This document shows, piece after piece, positions 37,602-47,404 of a stretch of DNA of 64,000 nt; within the stretch, counting starts at the first letter, position 1; every line of letters starts with the position of its first letter. The position numbers and the translations under genes were made by a program. The notes under the pieces are model-generated. The model was not told where the DNA came from. It ran no database searches and saw nothing but the letters and a program-made list of their open reading frames with translations. Location of the stretch: NCBI GenBank assembly GCA_964498425.1, contig CAZCGQ010000001.1, forward strand, positions 5,779 to 69,778. Direction: 5' to 3'. This DNA comes from an uncultured Gammaproteobacteria bacterium (lineage in GTDB: Bacteria; Patescibacteriota; Microgenomatia; UBA12405; JAHJSD01).

Positions 37602-39002
37602 TTAACCTCTGCCGCGACTGTACTCTTCCTGAATCCATCTTGCCGTCTCATCCATTATTCTTTCTTGAATCCACATTCTAGCCTTTCTAGTTCCACTTAC
37701 CATTAGTTGGGAAACTCTATTTGGAGTTAAACCACATTCGCTGGCAATAACATCCAATGACCGACCATTCTCAATTATTTCAGATAGAATCCTTCTTTCC
37801 AAGCTACTTAAATTAGAATTTTTATACCAAAGCATTGAACCATGACCGTTACCACCCAGATCTACTGCTTCCTCATGTTCACTTAAAGCTTGTCTAAGCA
37901 GTTCATTTTCTTTTTTTAATTCTTCCCGACTCAATTCCCGGTCGTAAGTGTTTTTACCCCATTGTCTTTTTCTTGGATATTTTTTTTCCTCTTTTTCACT
38001 TTTATCATCGGACAACTCCTCCACCTTTTCAATTTCCATTTTCCCAAGACTAATTAATATTTCTTCAGCAATTGTTTCTGGATCTAATTTCATTGCTGCC
38101 ACTGTTTCCTCTACTGGAAAACTGCTTCCTGCCTTCCCAGATCGTAGAAAGGCCAACGCTTCCGCCACTAACTCCACCTTGTCGGTAGTTAAATCATACT
38201 CTCTAATCAAATCAACCATTTGTCTCTGACCTTCTAAGTCATCCGGTAAAAATTTAAGCATTTGTTTAAACCGTGATGGGTTTAACATTCCATGCCCCCT
38301 TCCATGCCCGCCGCCACCGGTTCGAACTTCCTCAACAATTTCAGGAAAGGAATGTTCAACCGCATTAATATCGGAATAAAAGCTACTTATTTTACCCTGC
38401 CATACGGTTTGTTTATCCTCCAGCCAGTCCTTTAATTCTATTGCCTCATCAGTAGTCAAGCCTAACCGTTTACCTGGTGACTCTGAAACTCCCCAATTCA
38501 TTGCCAAACACAAAGCCTGAGATAGTTTTATGTCCCTATCTCCCCATTTTGAAGAAGAAAATGATTTTTGCATCCAATAAGCTAACCGCGCAAACTTTAC
38601 CGCCTTCACTGAGCTGGCCGCCAATACTCTCAAATCGTATATTTCTTCCATTGTCAGACCGTAAAGGACAACCGCATCTATGGTTGGTTCATTTAATTTT
38701 CTTTTGACTGCTGTTCGATGAAACCCATCGGTTATATGAAAAATAACCTGACCATTTTCACATTGTGCACCAACCGTAATCGGCGTTGTTTGGCCGCATT
38801 TTTTTTTCATTGAAGCCTCTAAGTCATCGACATGTACCTCATCAACAATTGAGTCCTCAACAGCTATCTGATCAACCCTAATCTCTTCGAATTGTTTATG
38901 AAATTCACCTGCCTGACATAATTCCCGCCGCAATTGTTTTCTTCCATCTTCCAATAAATCCGCAAATGCCTCTGCTGATAATTGTTTGGCTCGTTCAGTC
39001 AT
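37602..39002 (-). CDS. ParB/Srx-like N-terminal domain protein with C-terminal sigma-70 region-4-like HTH
   Basis: 466 aa. ParB-type motif PITVGA...QVIFHITDGFHRTAVKRK, Gly-rich GGGGHGRGHG segment, C-terminal SSLERRILSEIIENGRSLDVIASECGLTPNRVSQLM (sigma region 4/LuxR-type HTH). Starts 4 nt after the sigma gene. Confidence 0.5.
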   Translation of the reverse strand: MTERAKQLSAEAFADLLEDGRKQLRRELCQAGEFHKQFEEIRVDQIAVEDSIVDEVHVDDLEASMKKKCGQTTPITVGAQCENGQVIFHITDGFHRTAVKRKLNEPTIDAVVLYGLTMEEIYDLRVLAASSVKAVKFARLAYWMQKSFSSSKWGDRDIKLSQALCLAMNWGVSESPGKRLGLTTDEAIELKDWLEDKQTVWQGKISSFYSDINAVEHSFPEIVEEVRTGGGGHGRGHGMLNPSRFKQMLKFLPDDLEGQRQMVDLIREYDLTTDKVELVAEALAFLRSGKAGSSFPVEETVAAMKLDPETIAEEILISLGKMEIEKVEELSDDKSEKEEKKYPRKRQWGKNTYDRELSREELKKENELLRQALSEHEEAVDLGGNGHGSMLWYKNSNLSSLERRILSEIIENGRSLDVIASECGLTPNRVSQLMVSGTRKARMWIQERIMDETARWIQEEYSRGRG

Positions 39003-39006
39003 TGTG

Positions 39007-40044
39007 CTATTCTAATACTCCTTCTATTCGTTCCATTAACGCCTCATCCTCTACAAGCCTAGTTGTAAACTCTGCCTCAATTTGCCTAATTCGCTCCCGG
39101 CTTAAGCCGAACTCAACACCAACTTCTCTTAAGGTCCTACCTTTTCCATCTAATAAACCATGTCTAAGAACGGCAATCACTCTCTCTCTTGGCTCAAGTG
39201 ATTCCATCATATCCACAACACATGCTTCCATTTCACTCTGCCTGCTTTGACTAATCAGTGAAAAACTTTCATCTTTAATGAAGTCACCCAACTCGCTATC
39301 ATCGTCATCATCCATTGGTCTATTTAATGAAAGTGGAGCCCAAAAATCCATAAGTTTTAGCTCTAATTCCTGACGGGTTAAATCGTATTCTTTTGCTAGT
39401 TCCTCCATAGTTGGGTTTCGGCCAAGTTCATGAGTCATAACAATTCTTTTTTTAAGAAATCGCCGGTACCAATCTCCTGAATGAGTAGGTACTCTTATTA
39501 ACCTTCCCTTATCACTAATTGCCCGAGTAACCGCTTGTCTTATCCACCAAGTAGCATAAGTAGAAAATTTATATCCAAGTGTGTAGTCATATTTATTTAC
39601 CGCTCGATTTAGCCCAATAACTCCTTCTGAAATTAAATCCTCAAACTCAACCCCTCTACCTCTATATTTCTTACTTATACTAATCACTAACCGGAGATTA
39701 CAAAGAACAAGTTTTTCCTTTGCTTCCTCGGCTAAACCAATTTCATATTTCAGCTTATCCTCTTCTTTCTGACTTAAATCAGGCTGATTAAGTTTAACCT
39801 CTGCTTCTCTTCCTGCCGATATCCATCGTCCCAAAGCTATTTCCCCCTCATGAGTCAACAATGGTTCCTTATCAGATTCATATATCCACCAGCCAACACA
39901 ATCACTGGCATCCATGGGTGGATTATAAGATTCTTCATCTTCTGGTTCTTGAATGAATCGTGGAATAGAAGTTATTTCCGCAGGATAAATAGTATCGCGT
40001 TCTTTGGGGCTTTCTGATGTTTTTATTTTTTCACTTGACATCAT
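39007..40044 (-). CDS. RNA polymerase sigma factor, sigma-70 family (RpoD-like regions 2-4, no region 1.1)
   Basis: 345 aa. LISEGVIGLNRAVNKYDYTLGYKFSTYATWWIRQAVTRAISDKGRLIRVP (regions 2.2-2.4) and TLREVGVEFGLSRERIRQIEA (region 4.2). Confidence 0.85.
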   Translation of the reverse strand: MMSSEKIKTSESPKERDTIYPAEITSIPRFIQEPEDEESYNPPMDASDCVGWWIYESDKEPLLTHEGEIALGRWISAGREAEVKLNQPDLSQKEEDKLKYEIGLAEEAKEKLVLCNLRLVISISKKYRGRGVEFEDLISEGVIGLNRAVNKYDYTLGYKFSTYATWWIRQAVTRAISDKGRLIRVPTHSGDWYRRFLKKRIVMTHELGRNPTMEELAKEYDLTRQELELKLMDFWAPLSLNRPMDDDDDSELGDFIKDESFSLISQSRQSEMEACVVDMMESLEPRERVIAVLRHGLLDGKGRTLREVGVEFGLSRERIRQIEAEFTTRLVEDEALMERIEGVLE

Positions 40045-40102
40045 TTAATATAAATTTCCACCATTATAATTTTTTTATTTATATTTTTCAAGAAGAAAAT
40101 TT

Positions 40103-41359
40103 TCAGGTGTCAGATTTGACCATCAAGGAAATATAAGCCTTATCCCAAGCTAAATAATCCCGCAAAAATTCCCGGGCATAAGTTTCAGTCACTCCGCTGA
40201 TCGCCTGCCTGTAATCATTTGGAGTACGAGGTGGGTCATCATTATAAACATTACTGGCTATTCTTCTACAAATATTATCGCCGTGGTCGTAATGCATCGC
40301 CGTTGACAAGTCCATAACCGTTTTAATCTGATCAAACCGGACTTGGCTAATTCCATCTTTTAGATATTTTTCAACTATTATTTTTATTTCAGCAATTACT
40401 TCTTCAATTGCCTCTTCCTTTGTCCGACAACTGATTTTAAAAATACTAATCTCCGGATAATCATAGATAGCAGCATTTATCCCATAGACTAATCCCAATT
40501 CATCTCTTAATCTTTCAAACAACAATGAAGTTGACCAGCCAGCAAGAATATTTTTAACAATACCTGCTGTTAAGCTATCTTTTAAATTCAGTTTGAATAA
40601 GCTGGGGATATGCCAACTGATAACTATTGTTGGGTGTTGAATAACATCCTGATGAATTATCTTTTTATCTTGAGTTGTAATTTTTCCCTCGTCGAGCTCT
40701 ATTTTGGTCTTGTTTTTCTTGCCTTCTAACATCGTCTCCATTCTTTCCCTTACCTTATCTGGCTGAACATTACCAACAAAGCTGAAAACCATATTTTGAG
40801 GCTGCATATATTGACGATACAAATCAAGTAAATCTTGACGATTAACTTTTTCAAGCTTATCCGGTTGGCCTAAAGTGTGTCGGCAATATTGATGTCCCGA
40901 ACCAAATAACTGTTTAAGTCGCAGATTATAAAAGCGGTTGTAGGGGTTATCCCAATATTCGCGATGCTCCTGTTTAATTACTGATAATTCGTTAACTAAT
41001 CTTTTTTCTAGAAACAAGGGATGGAAAAAGAATTGTTCCATCAATTCGATACCCTGGCTAAGAAAAATATCAGGAATTATAAACCAATACCTCAAACCCA
41101 TCCCGTAGGTTGAAGCATTATAATATAAGGCGTTATTATCCAAAAATTCATTGAGATTCTTCAAAGTCGGCCATTTTTCTGTTTCTAGTAAGGAAAGATG
41201 TTCAATGAAGTGGGTAATACCCTGAACCTCTTTGTCCTCATGCCAAGCACCACCTTTGGTTCTAACCTCTGCCCAAACTGATCGAACATTTTTCAACGGC
41301 CAGACAACTATTTTAGCCTTATTTATCTCGAAATAGTCGAAAGGTTTGGACTTTGACAT
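40103..41359 (-). CDS. M16-family zinc peptidase (insulinase-like)
   Basis: 418 aa. Inverted zinc-binding motif HFIEHL (HxxEH). Confidence 0.8.
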   Translation of the reverse strand: MSKSKPFDYFEINKAKIVVWPLKNVRSVWAEVRTKGGAWHEDKEVQGITHFIEHLSLLETEKWPTLKNLNEFLDNNALYYNASTYGMGLRYWFIIPDIFLSQGIELMEQFFFHPLFLEKRLVNELSVIKQEHREYWDNPYNRFYNLRLKQLFGSGHQYCRHTLGQPDKLEKVNRQDLLDLYRQYMQPQNMVFSFVGNVQPDKVRERMETMLEGKKNKTKIELDEGKITTQDKKIIHQDVIQHPTIVISWHIPSLFKLNLKDSLTAGIVKNILAGWSTSLLFERLRDELGLVYGINAAIYDYPEISIFKISCRTKEEAIEEVIAEIKIIVEKYLKDGISQVRFDQIKTVMDLSTAMHYDHGDNICRRIASNVYNDDPPRTPNDYRQAISGVTETYAREFLRDYLAWDKAYISLMVKSDT

Positions 41360-41409
41360 GTAATTATCTTACCATCATCCGTCCCCTTGTGCTAAAATTG
41401 AAAATTAGT

Positions 41410-41769
41410 ATGACCACACCCGTTCTCGAACACCACGTCTTCAACATACGAAAACAAGTTCCCGGATCGGACATTGAATCAAACCAAGCTAAACGCATCG
41501 CCAAACAACATGCAACAAGACTTTCTCGGCTGTTCACTAAAGATGGAACCCCCGTTTATCCAGGATTAAGAGAACCCCAGACTAAAAGGGATTTTGTTCA
41601 AGCTAAAACCCAACTTATCCTAGATGTTAAAACTGGGAATCATCGAGTTATCCCTGATATAAATGAAGACGGCTCACATAACTTTGACTCTCTCTGTCAT
41701 TATTGCGGAAACTGTATTGACGGCCAATGTCGTAAACCCAATCCCCCCTATATTCAATCTAAAGTTTAA
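41410..41769 (+). CDS. small hypothetical protein with C-terminal Cys cluster CHYCGNCIDGQC
   Basis: Probable start MTTPVLEHH at 41410. The ORF-track start at 41353 overlaps the M16 gene on the other strand. No recognised family. Confidence 0.3.
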   Translation: MTTPVLEHHVFNIRKQVPGSDIESNQAKRIAKQHATRLSRLFTKDGTPVYPGLREPQTKRDFVQAKTQLILDVKTGNHRVIPDINEDGSHNFDSLCHYCGNCIDGQCRKPNPPYIQSKV

Positions 41770-41822
41770 TCCGCTAAAAATTTGAATTGACATTTAATGG
41801 GGAGAAGACTAGACTGTAGTTA

Positions 41823-42842
41823 ATGCAACGTTTAGGAATTACCAAAGGATTAATAATTCTATTATTTACTGCCCTTGTTATTGGGGGTGGGATATATTAC
41901 GTTAAAAAAACTCAAACTATTTATCAAGGGGAATTTGCCACAGTCCGTCTCGCCTTGCCCAAAACCGAGGCAACGGCGATGCCAAGAATTGCCATTCACA
42001 AAAGATTTTTTAACAATCATGGAATTAAAATTAAATTAAGTGAACAGGACTTAAGTAAAAACTCGTTTCAAGAATTATTGAACGGCAATGCCGATCTAGC
42101 AGCAGTTGAAGAATCACCAATAATTCATCAAGCCATGGAAGGCAAAGAATTTGTTATTTTGTCTACTATCCACACCGCAACTAGAAACGTTAAACTTCTG
42201 GCTAAAAAAAGTAATGGGATTACGGCTCTTACTGAACTTCGAGGGAAAAAAATTGGGGTTGTCGAAGAAACTTCGGCTGAATTTTTCTTATTTGAAATAC
42301 TTCGCCATCTTGATATGAGTTTTGATGATGTTCAGGTTGTATATGGAAGTGATGATGAACTAAAAAATAAATTTCAAGCTGACGAAATTAATGCTGTTTG
42401 TCTTCGTGAACCCCATATCCACTTACTAAGTCATCAACTAGACCCAGAAAATATATTCATCAGCCACGGTAAGGATAACTACTTAACTGTTGTTAATTTG
42501 GTCGGCAATAAAGAATACGTCAATAATAACCAAGAAGTTGTTAAAAGATTTCTGAAAGCTCTCAAAGAGGCTGAAGAGGAAATTGAAAAAAACAAAGAGA
42601 AAGCCATAGGAATTGTTGCTGACGACTTAAATTTGCATAGAGATTATCTTTATGAATCATGTATTGGTGCTAGTTGTAACCTAGCTTTAAACCAACGCCT
42701 ACTAATGGAATTGGAATCTGAAGCTGCTTGGCTAATTAATAACAAGGGTTATTCTGACCAAACCATGCCTGACTTTAAAAACTACTTTGCCTTGGACCTT
42801 CTGGAATCAGTTAAACCTGACTCCACCCGCGACTTCCGCTGA
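41823..42842 (+). CDS. ABC transporter substrate-binding protein, NMT1/SsuA/TauA-like
   Basis: 339 aa. N-terminal TM/signal and periplasmic-binding-protein type 2 fold pattern (PRIAIHKRFFNNHG...LLNGNADLAAV). Confidence 0.6.
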   Translation: MQRLGITKGLIILLFTALVIGGGIYYVKKTQTIYQGEFATVRLALPKTEATAMPRIAIHKRFFNNHGIKIKLSEQDLSKNSFQELLNGNADLAAVEESPIIHQAMEGKEFVILSTIHTATRNVKLLAKKSNGITALTELRGKKIGVVEETSAEFFLFEILRHLDMSFDDVQVVYGSDDELKNKFQADEINAVCLREPHIHLLSHQLDPENIFISHGKDNYLTVVNLVGNKEYVNNNQEVVKRFLKALKEAEEEIEKNKEKAIGIVADDLNLHRDYLYESCIGASCNLALNQRLLMELESEAAWLINNKGYSDQTMPDFKNYFALDLLESVKPDSTRDFR

Positions 42843-42846
42843 TAAC

Positions 42847-43017
42847 TTAAAGGCCTAAAAATCCGAGCAGGTTATAAACAACCATCGCCGGCCAGACCAT
42901 GGCTTTTAAAAAGCCAACCACTACCTGACCAAAAGTCGCCGCTTGTTGTATGTAGTAGATCAAAGCTCCAACAAAGCCAAGACCATAAACAGCATTTCCA
43001 CCTGATTTATGACTCAT
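42847..43017 (-). CDS. small membrane protein (56 aa, two TM helices)
   Basis: Start MSHKSGG at 43017 is preceded by a strong SD AAAGGAGG. The ORF-track N-terminal extension is unsupported. Confidence 0.35.
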   Translation of the reverse strand: MSHKSGGNAVYGLGFVGALIYYIQQAATFGQVVVGFLKAMVWPAMVVYNLLGFLGL

Positions 43018-43039
43018 TTTTTCCTCCTTTCTAATTAAA

Positions 43040-43414
43040 TTACTCCTTTTTCTTGGGAAGAGATTCGCAGGCAACGCCGTCGTTATCCCCGTCAAGTTTA
43101 TTTACGTCCTCATCGGGGCCGCCGGCATTTTCAAAAAAGATTTGGGCTTCCGGTTGGGTATCAAAATCATCACAGTTGTACTCATCAGTATATTTTCCAC
43201 CACTGGTTACCACATTTCCTTTTTTGTCCCGTAGAACTCTAGCTTCCTCAAAAGAAGAGCCCGACAATAGTTCTCCCAAGTCCCAATCGGTATTAGTAGC
43301 TTCCAAACCCAAAGCACCCAAAAGAATTGCTAATAGAGCGATTAAAATTGGTTTTATTTTTTTCTTCCCCTTGTCACTCAAATTTTCAAGAGGTTTAAAT
43401 TTAGGTACAGCCAT
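43040..43414 (-). CDS. secreted Excalibur calcium-binding domain protein
   Basis: 124 aa. N-terminal TM/signal and C-terminal [10 protein letters not shown] (Excalibur DxDxDGxxCE motif). Confidence 0.6.
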   Translation of the reverse strand: MAVPKFKPLENLSDKGKKKIKPILIALLAILLGALGLEATNTDWDLGELLSGSSFEEARVLRDKKGNVVTSGGKYTDEYNCDDFDTQPEAQIFFENAGGPDEDVNKLDGDNDGVACESLPKKKE

Positions 43415-43542
43415 TTTACATCACCGAATACAACATATAACCAACGACCAGAATCAGCAGTCCAATGACAATTAAACGAACCTTTTTGTTTTTAATTAGA
43501 AACTTGCTCATGAGTTAATACTAGACCTATTAGAAACAAAAA

Positions 43543-44058
43543 TCAAATTTTACGGCTGTCGTAGGCCCAGTGAAGCAAAGCCTGTCGCTGTTTCGGCCGG
43601 CAGCTCAAATCTTTTGGCGGACAATTTTTTTTAACCGCTCCTAAATGTCGGCGAAACGACCGCCATCTTTTTATCTGTCGTTCATCTTCCTCAGCAATCC
43701 TTCTTCCCATGTAATATCGGCAGTACCATTGAAACCATCCGCGGGGATCATTTTTATAAATCCAACCCTTTTTCTGCCAAACCGACAAAGGCTGAGAAGC
43801 CTCAACCTGGAAATAATTCAAATTCTTATCATGCCCCGGCTCACCAACCGGATGAAATTTAGCCTGCTCAAACCAACTATCTGGGAACTCATCCGTGCAA
43901 TCCCGCATGTATCGACCGCCAAAAACTCCCAAAGTCAACATTTGTTTTGGCGTCAATTCCGGCTCAAAATCCGGGTCGAAGTTTTTTCCTGCCGGTTCAA
44001 CCAGCTCATACTTATATCCCGACTGCATCTTGTCATTAACAACCACCGTCTTTGCCAT
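43543..44058 (-). CDS. hypothetical protein
   Basis: 171 aa. Trp/Tyr/Arg-rich segment GWFQWYCRYYMGRR. No recognised family. Confidence 0.3.
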   Translation of the reverse strand: MAKTVVVNDKMQSGYKYELVEPAGKNFDPDFEPELTPKQMLTLGVFGGRYMRDCTDEFPDSWFEQAKFHPVGEPGHDKNLNYFQVEASQPLSVWQKKGWIYKNDPRGWFQWYCRYYMGRRIAEEDERQIKRWRSFRRHLGAVKKNCPPKDLSCRPKQRQALLHWAYDSRKI

Positions 44059-44096
44059 AAGTTAATTATATCAATAATCATTTGTTATAATTTTTT

Positions 44097-45041
44097 ATGG
44101 ACCAAATTAAACAAATTCTTGTTGACAATTATTCTGCCGACCCAAAACAGCCGGTTGATTTAATTCGGGATGGTATCGACAATGATGTTTACACCTTTTA
44201 TACTCTTGATAATCAAAAAGTCATTGCCAGAATTAATAAGACTGGCAAGATTCCCTCTCTTAAATTTGAAGTAAAATTAGTAGAAGAATTAATCAACCAA
44301 AATGTTCCCACCGCCAAAATTATCCCCAACAGCGAACAAAAATTATTTACAAAAATATCCTCTACCCAAGCCTTAGTTTGTTTTGAATTTATTCAGGGAA
44401 AGCCAATAGATTATGGCCCGGACTATGTTCCTGAAGAAGATCTAGTTAATCAAGCCGGTTCCGCCTTGGGCCAATTCCACCATGCAACTTTAAACCTAAA
44501 TTTAGATGAATCTAGGAAAAGAACAATTTATACTGAACTTGAAAATGCCCTTAACAACAAAACCAAGATAATTAATACTTATAACGACGGTAAATCATTT
44601 ATTTATGAAGTTAAAACCGCTCTGGAAAAAGCTAAAAATAAGGAATTTGAATCCCCAGATGGCATTATTCACAACGATTACAATGCTTCCAATGTCCTTT
44701 TCAAAAACAAACAGCTTCAAGCAATTTTAGATTTTGATTGGGCTTGTCCGGGACCTTTATTGATGGATGTTGGTTATGGGGCAATGAGCTGGTCAACTGC
44801 TGAAAAAGATACCGAACCAAATAAAAAAGCTTTTAATGCATTTGTTAACAACTACAACTCAACTAGTCCGCTAGAGGTTGTCCTTGATGGTAATTTCTGG
44901 TTTTGGACTGCCTACAGCTGCCTTTATCTCGGCTGTGGCTTCCTCACCCGAATGGCAAATAACAACAAATATAATCTAACTTCAACAACCCAAAGCCATA
45001 TGTATAGAAGATATCTCCACTACATCAAAAAGACTATTTAA
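44097..45041 (+). CDS. aminoglycoside/choline-kinase-like phosphotransferase (APH family)
   Basis: 314 aa. Brenner catalytic motif IHNDYNASNVLF and ILDFDWA (DFD). Confidence 0.65.
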   Translation: MDQIKQILVDNYSADPKQPVDLIRDGIDNDVYTFYTLDNQKVIARINKTGKIPSLKFEVKLVEELINQNVPTAKIIPNSEQKLFTKISSTQALVCFEFIQGKPIDYGPDYVPEEDLVNQAGSALGQFHHATLNLNLDESRKRTIYTELENALNNKTKIINTYNDGKSFIYEVKTALEKAKNKEFESPDGIIHNDYNASNVLFKNKQLQAILDFDWACPGPLLMDVGYGAMSWSTAEKDTEPNKKAFNAFVNNYNSTSPLEVVLDGNFWFWTAYSCLYLGCGFLTRMANNNKYNLTSTTQSHMYRRYLHYIKKTI

Positions 45042-45095
45042 ACTTCTAAACTAAAAATTATAATAAATCTAATAACTGGTTTATAATTAGTCATT

Positions 45096-45710
45096 ATGGA
45101 TATTTTTATTGGAACTCAAAATCAATATAAAGCAAAAGAGATGACTTCTTTTCTTGATAATCTTCCCAATGTAAATATTCATTTTTGGGAAGAACTAAAT
45201 TTAAACGTTGATGTTAAAGAAGATCAACCTAGTTTAGAGAAAAATGCCCAAAAGAAAGCTGTTGAAATTTCCCAATTAACAAATTGGTATGTTTTAACCT
45301 CAGACGGAGGAGTAGATATTCCTGGATTAGGCAGCAAATGGGATATTTTAAAAAATCAGAGAATCGTTGGAGAAAATAAAACAGACCTTGAAAAAGCATA
45401 CAAACTTATAAACCTAATGAAAGGCCTAAGTGGCGAGGAAAGAAAAGCCACCTTTTATCTAGCACTCGCTTTAGCCAAAAATGGCAAATTAATCTGGTCG
45501 GATGTACAAATAACCGACCAAGGATACATCTTGGAAAAACTTCCAGACGAAGATATTCCTCAATATAAATGGATGAGTCATCTTTGGTATTATCCGAAAT
45601 ATGATAAGGTTTTTAATAAATTATCTGACAGGGAAAAAAGCGAAGTCAGATTAAAGGCTGAAAAGATAAAGAAAAAACTTAGAAATATAGTTAACAAACT
45701 CCAAGGCTAA
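45096..45710 (+). CDS. divergent Ham1/RdgB-like (ITPase-fold) protein
   Basis: 204 aa. IFIGTQNQYKAKE matches VVLATGNVGKVRE, ERKATFYLALALA matches QRQARFHCVLVYL, and LSDREKSEVRLKAEK matches LTREEKSAISHRGQA. The DDSGL and FGYDP motifs are altered. Confidence 0.5.
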   Translation: MDIFIGTQNQYKAKEMTSFLDNLPNVNIHFWEELNLNVDVKEDQPSLEKNAQKKAVEISQLTNWYVLTSDGGVDIPGLGSKWDILKNQRIVGENKTDLEKAYKLINLMKGLSGEERKATFYLALALAKNGKLIWSDVQITDQGYILEKLPDEDIPQYKWMSHLWYYPKYDKVFNKLSDREKSEVRLKAEKIKKKLRNIVNKLQG

Positions 45711-45740
45711 TTTGATAAAATTAGCAGAATGATTTTATTT

Positions 45741-46511
45741 TCAATCGTGCCAGAAATTGTAGTCGAAAGGAACTCGTTCCTTGTATTCCTTTGAATTCAT
45801 CAAAGCCTTTCCCTGATAATCCCAATAATACATATTTAATCTTAAATCATCTGCCACAAATAAATTCATCTGCTTTGCCGCTTCTCCAAAACCCCTTACT
45901 TCCGGCAAATGATCAAACATGTGCAGTGTGTTGTCCGCATAACCATGAACGGTCTGAGGAACATACTTCCAACTTATAGTTTTCAAAATCTTTTGCCTAG
46001 TTTCTTCTGTTCCAACCGCAATAACAAAAAAATCCTTTCCAATTGCCCCTTCTACAACACAATGTCTGTCTCCAATATTACAAACTATCGAGGCAATATC
46101 GCCCGGACTTAAAAAATTGGATCTTTCTGACCCGTCCTCAAATCGGCAAAATGGATGAAAATGAATGTGAGCTCGCTGGGTATATCTATCTGGAACATGA
46201 AAATCACGAAAATCAATCGACATCGCTCGCCCGCCGACTAAATATTCCCTATCCTTGTACCACCGACTATCGCTTTCAAAAATTCGAAATCCTTTTTCCG
46301 GTACATCTAAGGTTAACCGCTCAGCGGCTTCTCTTCCCGCTAATAATTCTGTCTTAAAAACATCCGGCAAAGCTACTTCTGTATCTCCCCGCTCAATGGA
46401 TTGAAAAAAAGTGTCCAGTTTCTCTGCCTCTCCCAATTCACCTAACTCAACCGGCTGAAAAGTACTGTCCTCAACTGACGCTGGTTTAAACTTTTTTTCT
46501 ACTTCCATCAT
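45741..46511 (-). CDS. hypothetical protein with HIHFH metal-binding-like motif
   Basis: 256 aa. No confident family. RAHIHFHPF...SPGD is only loosely JAMM-like. Confidence 0.3.
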   Translation of the reverse strand: MMEVEKKFKPASVEDSTFQPVELGELGEAEKLDTFFQSIERGDTEVALPDVFKTELLAGREAAERLTLDVPEKGFRIFESDSRWYKDREYLVGGRAMSIDFRDFHVPDRYTQRAHIHFHPFCRFEDGSERSNFLSPGDIASIVCNIGDRHCVVEGAIGKDFFVIAVGTEETRQKILKTISWKYVPQTVHGYADNTLHMFDHLPEVRGFGEAAKQMNLFVADDLRLNMYYWDYQGKALMNSKEYKERVPFDYNFWHD

Positions 46512-46679
46512 AGTTATTAATTCCGTAGAGCATTTAGAGCAAAGCGGGCATGTTTTAAAATTATATATTCTTTAACATTCATAATTTCAATAAAGTCTGC
46601 TTAGCTAATCGGCTTAGACTCTTTCCGTTATTATAACTAAGATCTTTTATAAAATCATTAATTAATGTATATTAAGTAA

Positions 46680-47339
46680 ATGGAAAATAAAACGTTAATC
46701 GTTGGGTTATTCTTGATTCCATTTGTAATTTTAGCGATTTTACTTTTTTCACAAAAGCCAAAGACGGAAAAAACCGACGAGCAACCATTAAATATTAATC
46801 AACAAACTAAACCAACAATGACAAATGAAAAAACATCAAAACCAGAAATGATTATCGATAAAACCAAAGATTATAAGGCAATTTTAAATACATCAGAAGG
46901 GGAAATTACCATTGATTTAAATGAAACAGAAACCCCAATCACCGTAAACAATTTTGTTTACCTTGCTCAAAACGATTTTTACAACAACACAATTTTTCAT
47001 CGCGTAATAAAGGGTTTCATGATTCAAGGCGGTGACCCTAAGGGCAATGGTACTGGCGGCCCAGGTTATCAATTCGATGACGAGCCTTTTGACGGCGAAT
47101 ATACCCGAGGAACAATAGCAATGGCCAACTCCGGCCCAAACACCAACGGGAGCCAATTTTTCATAATGCATCAGGACTATGATTTGCCCAAAAATTATGT
47201 TATTTTCGGAAAAGTTACTTCGGGCATGGAAACAGTTGATGAAATTGCTAACAGCCAAACTAAAAAAAGTCCAACCGGGGAAGATTCAGTCCCGGTTACT
47301 CCAACAACTATTAACTCAGTAAAAATAACCTCGAATTAA
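46680..47339 (+). CDS. peptidyl-prolyl cis-trans isomerase, cyclophilin type, exported
   Basis: 219 aa. N-terminal TM/signal. FHRVIKGFMIQGGDP...GTIAMANSGPNTNGSQFFI. Confidence 0.9.
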   Translation: MENKTLIVGLFLIPFVILAILLFSQKPKTEKTDEQPLNINQQTKPTMTNEKTSKPEMIIDKTKDYKAILNTSEGEITIDLNETETPITVNNFVYLAQNDFYNNTIFHRVIKGFMIQGGDPKGNGTGGPGYQFDDEPFDGEYTRGTIAMANSGPNTNGSQFFIMHQDYDLPKNYVIFGKVTSGMETVDEIANSQTKKSPTGEDSVPVTPTTINSVKITSN

Positions 47340-47375
47340 AAATCAACAAGCCTATTTCTAAAGAAGACAAACCGT

Positions 47376-47397
47376 TCATTTTGTTGCCGGGCGTGGA
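47376..47397 (-). repeat. 22-bp direct repeat duplicating the 3' end of tRNA-Gln (putative attachment-site remnant)
   Basis: tgttgccgggcgtggattcgaa is identical to 47984-48005 (tRNA-Gln T-arm plus acceptor 3' strand). Confidence 0.6.
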
Positions 47398-47404
47398 TTC
47401 GAAT

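Noticed and set aside
43416-43512. 31-codon hydrophobic ORF ([31 protein letters not shown]) upstream of the Excalibur gene
   Set aside because: Very short, no clear RBS and no recognisable family. It may be a real micro-membrane-protein, but the evidence is insufficient to call.
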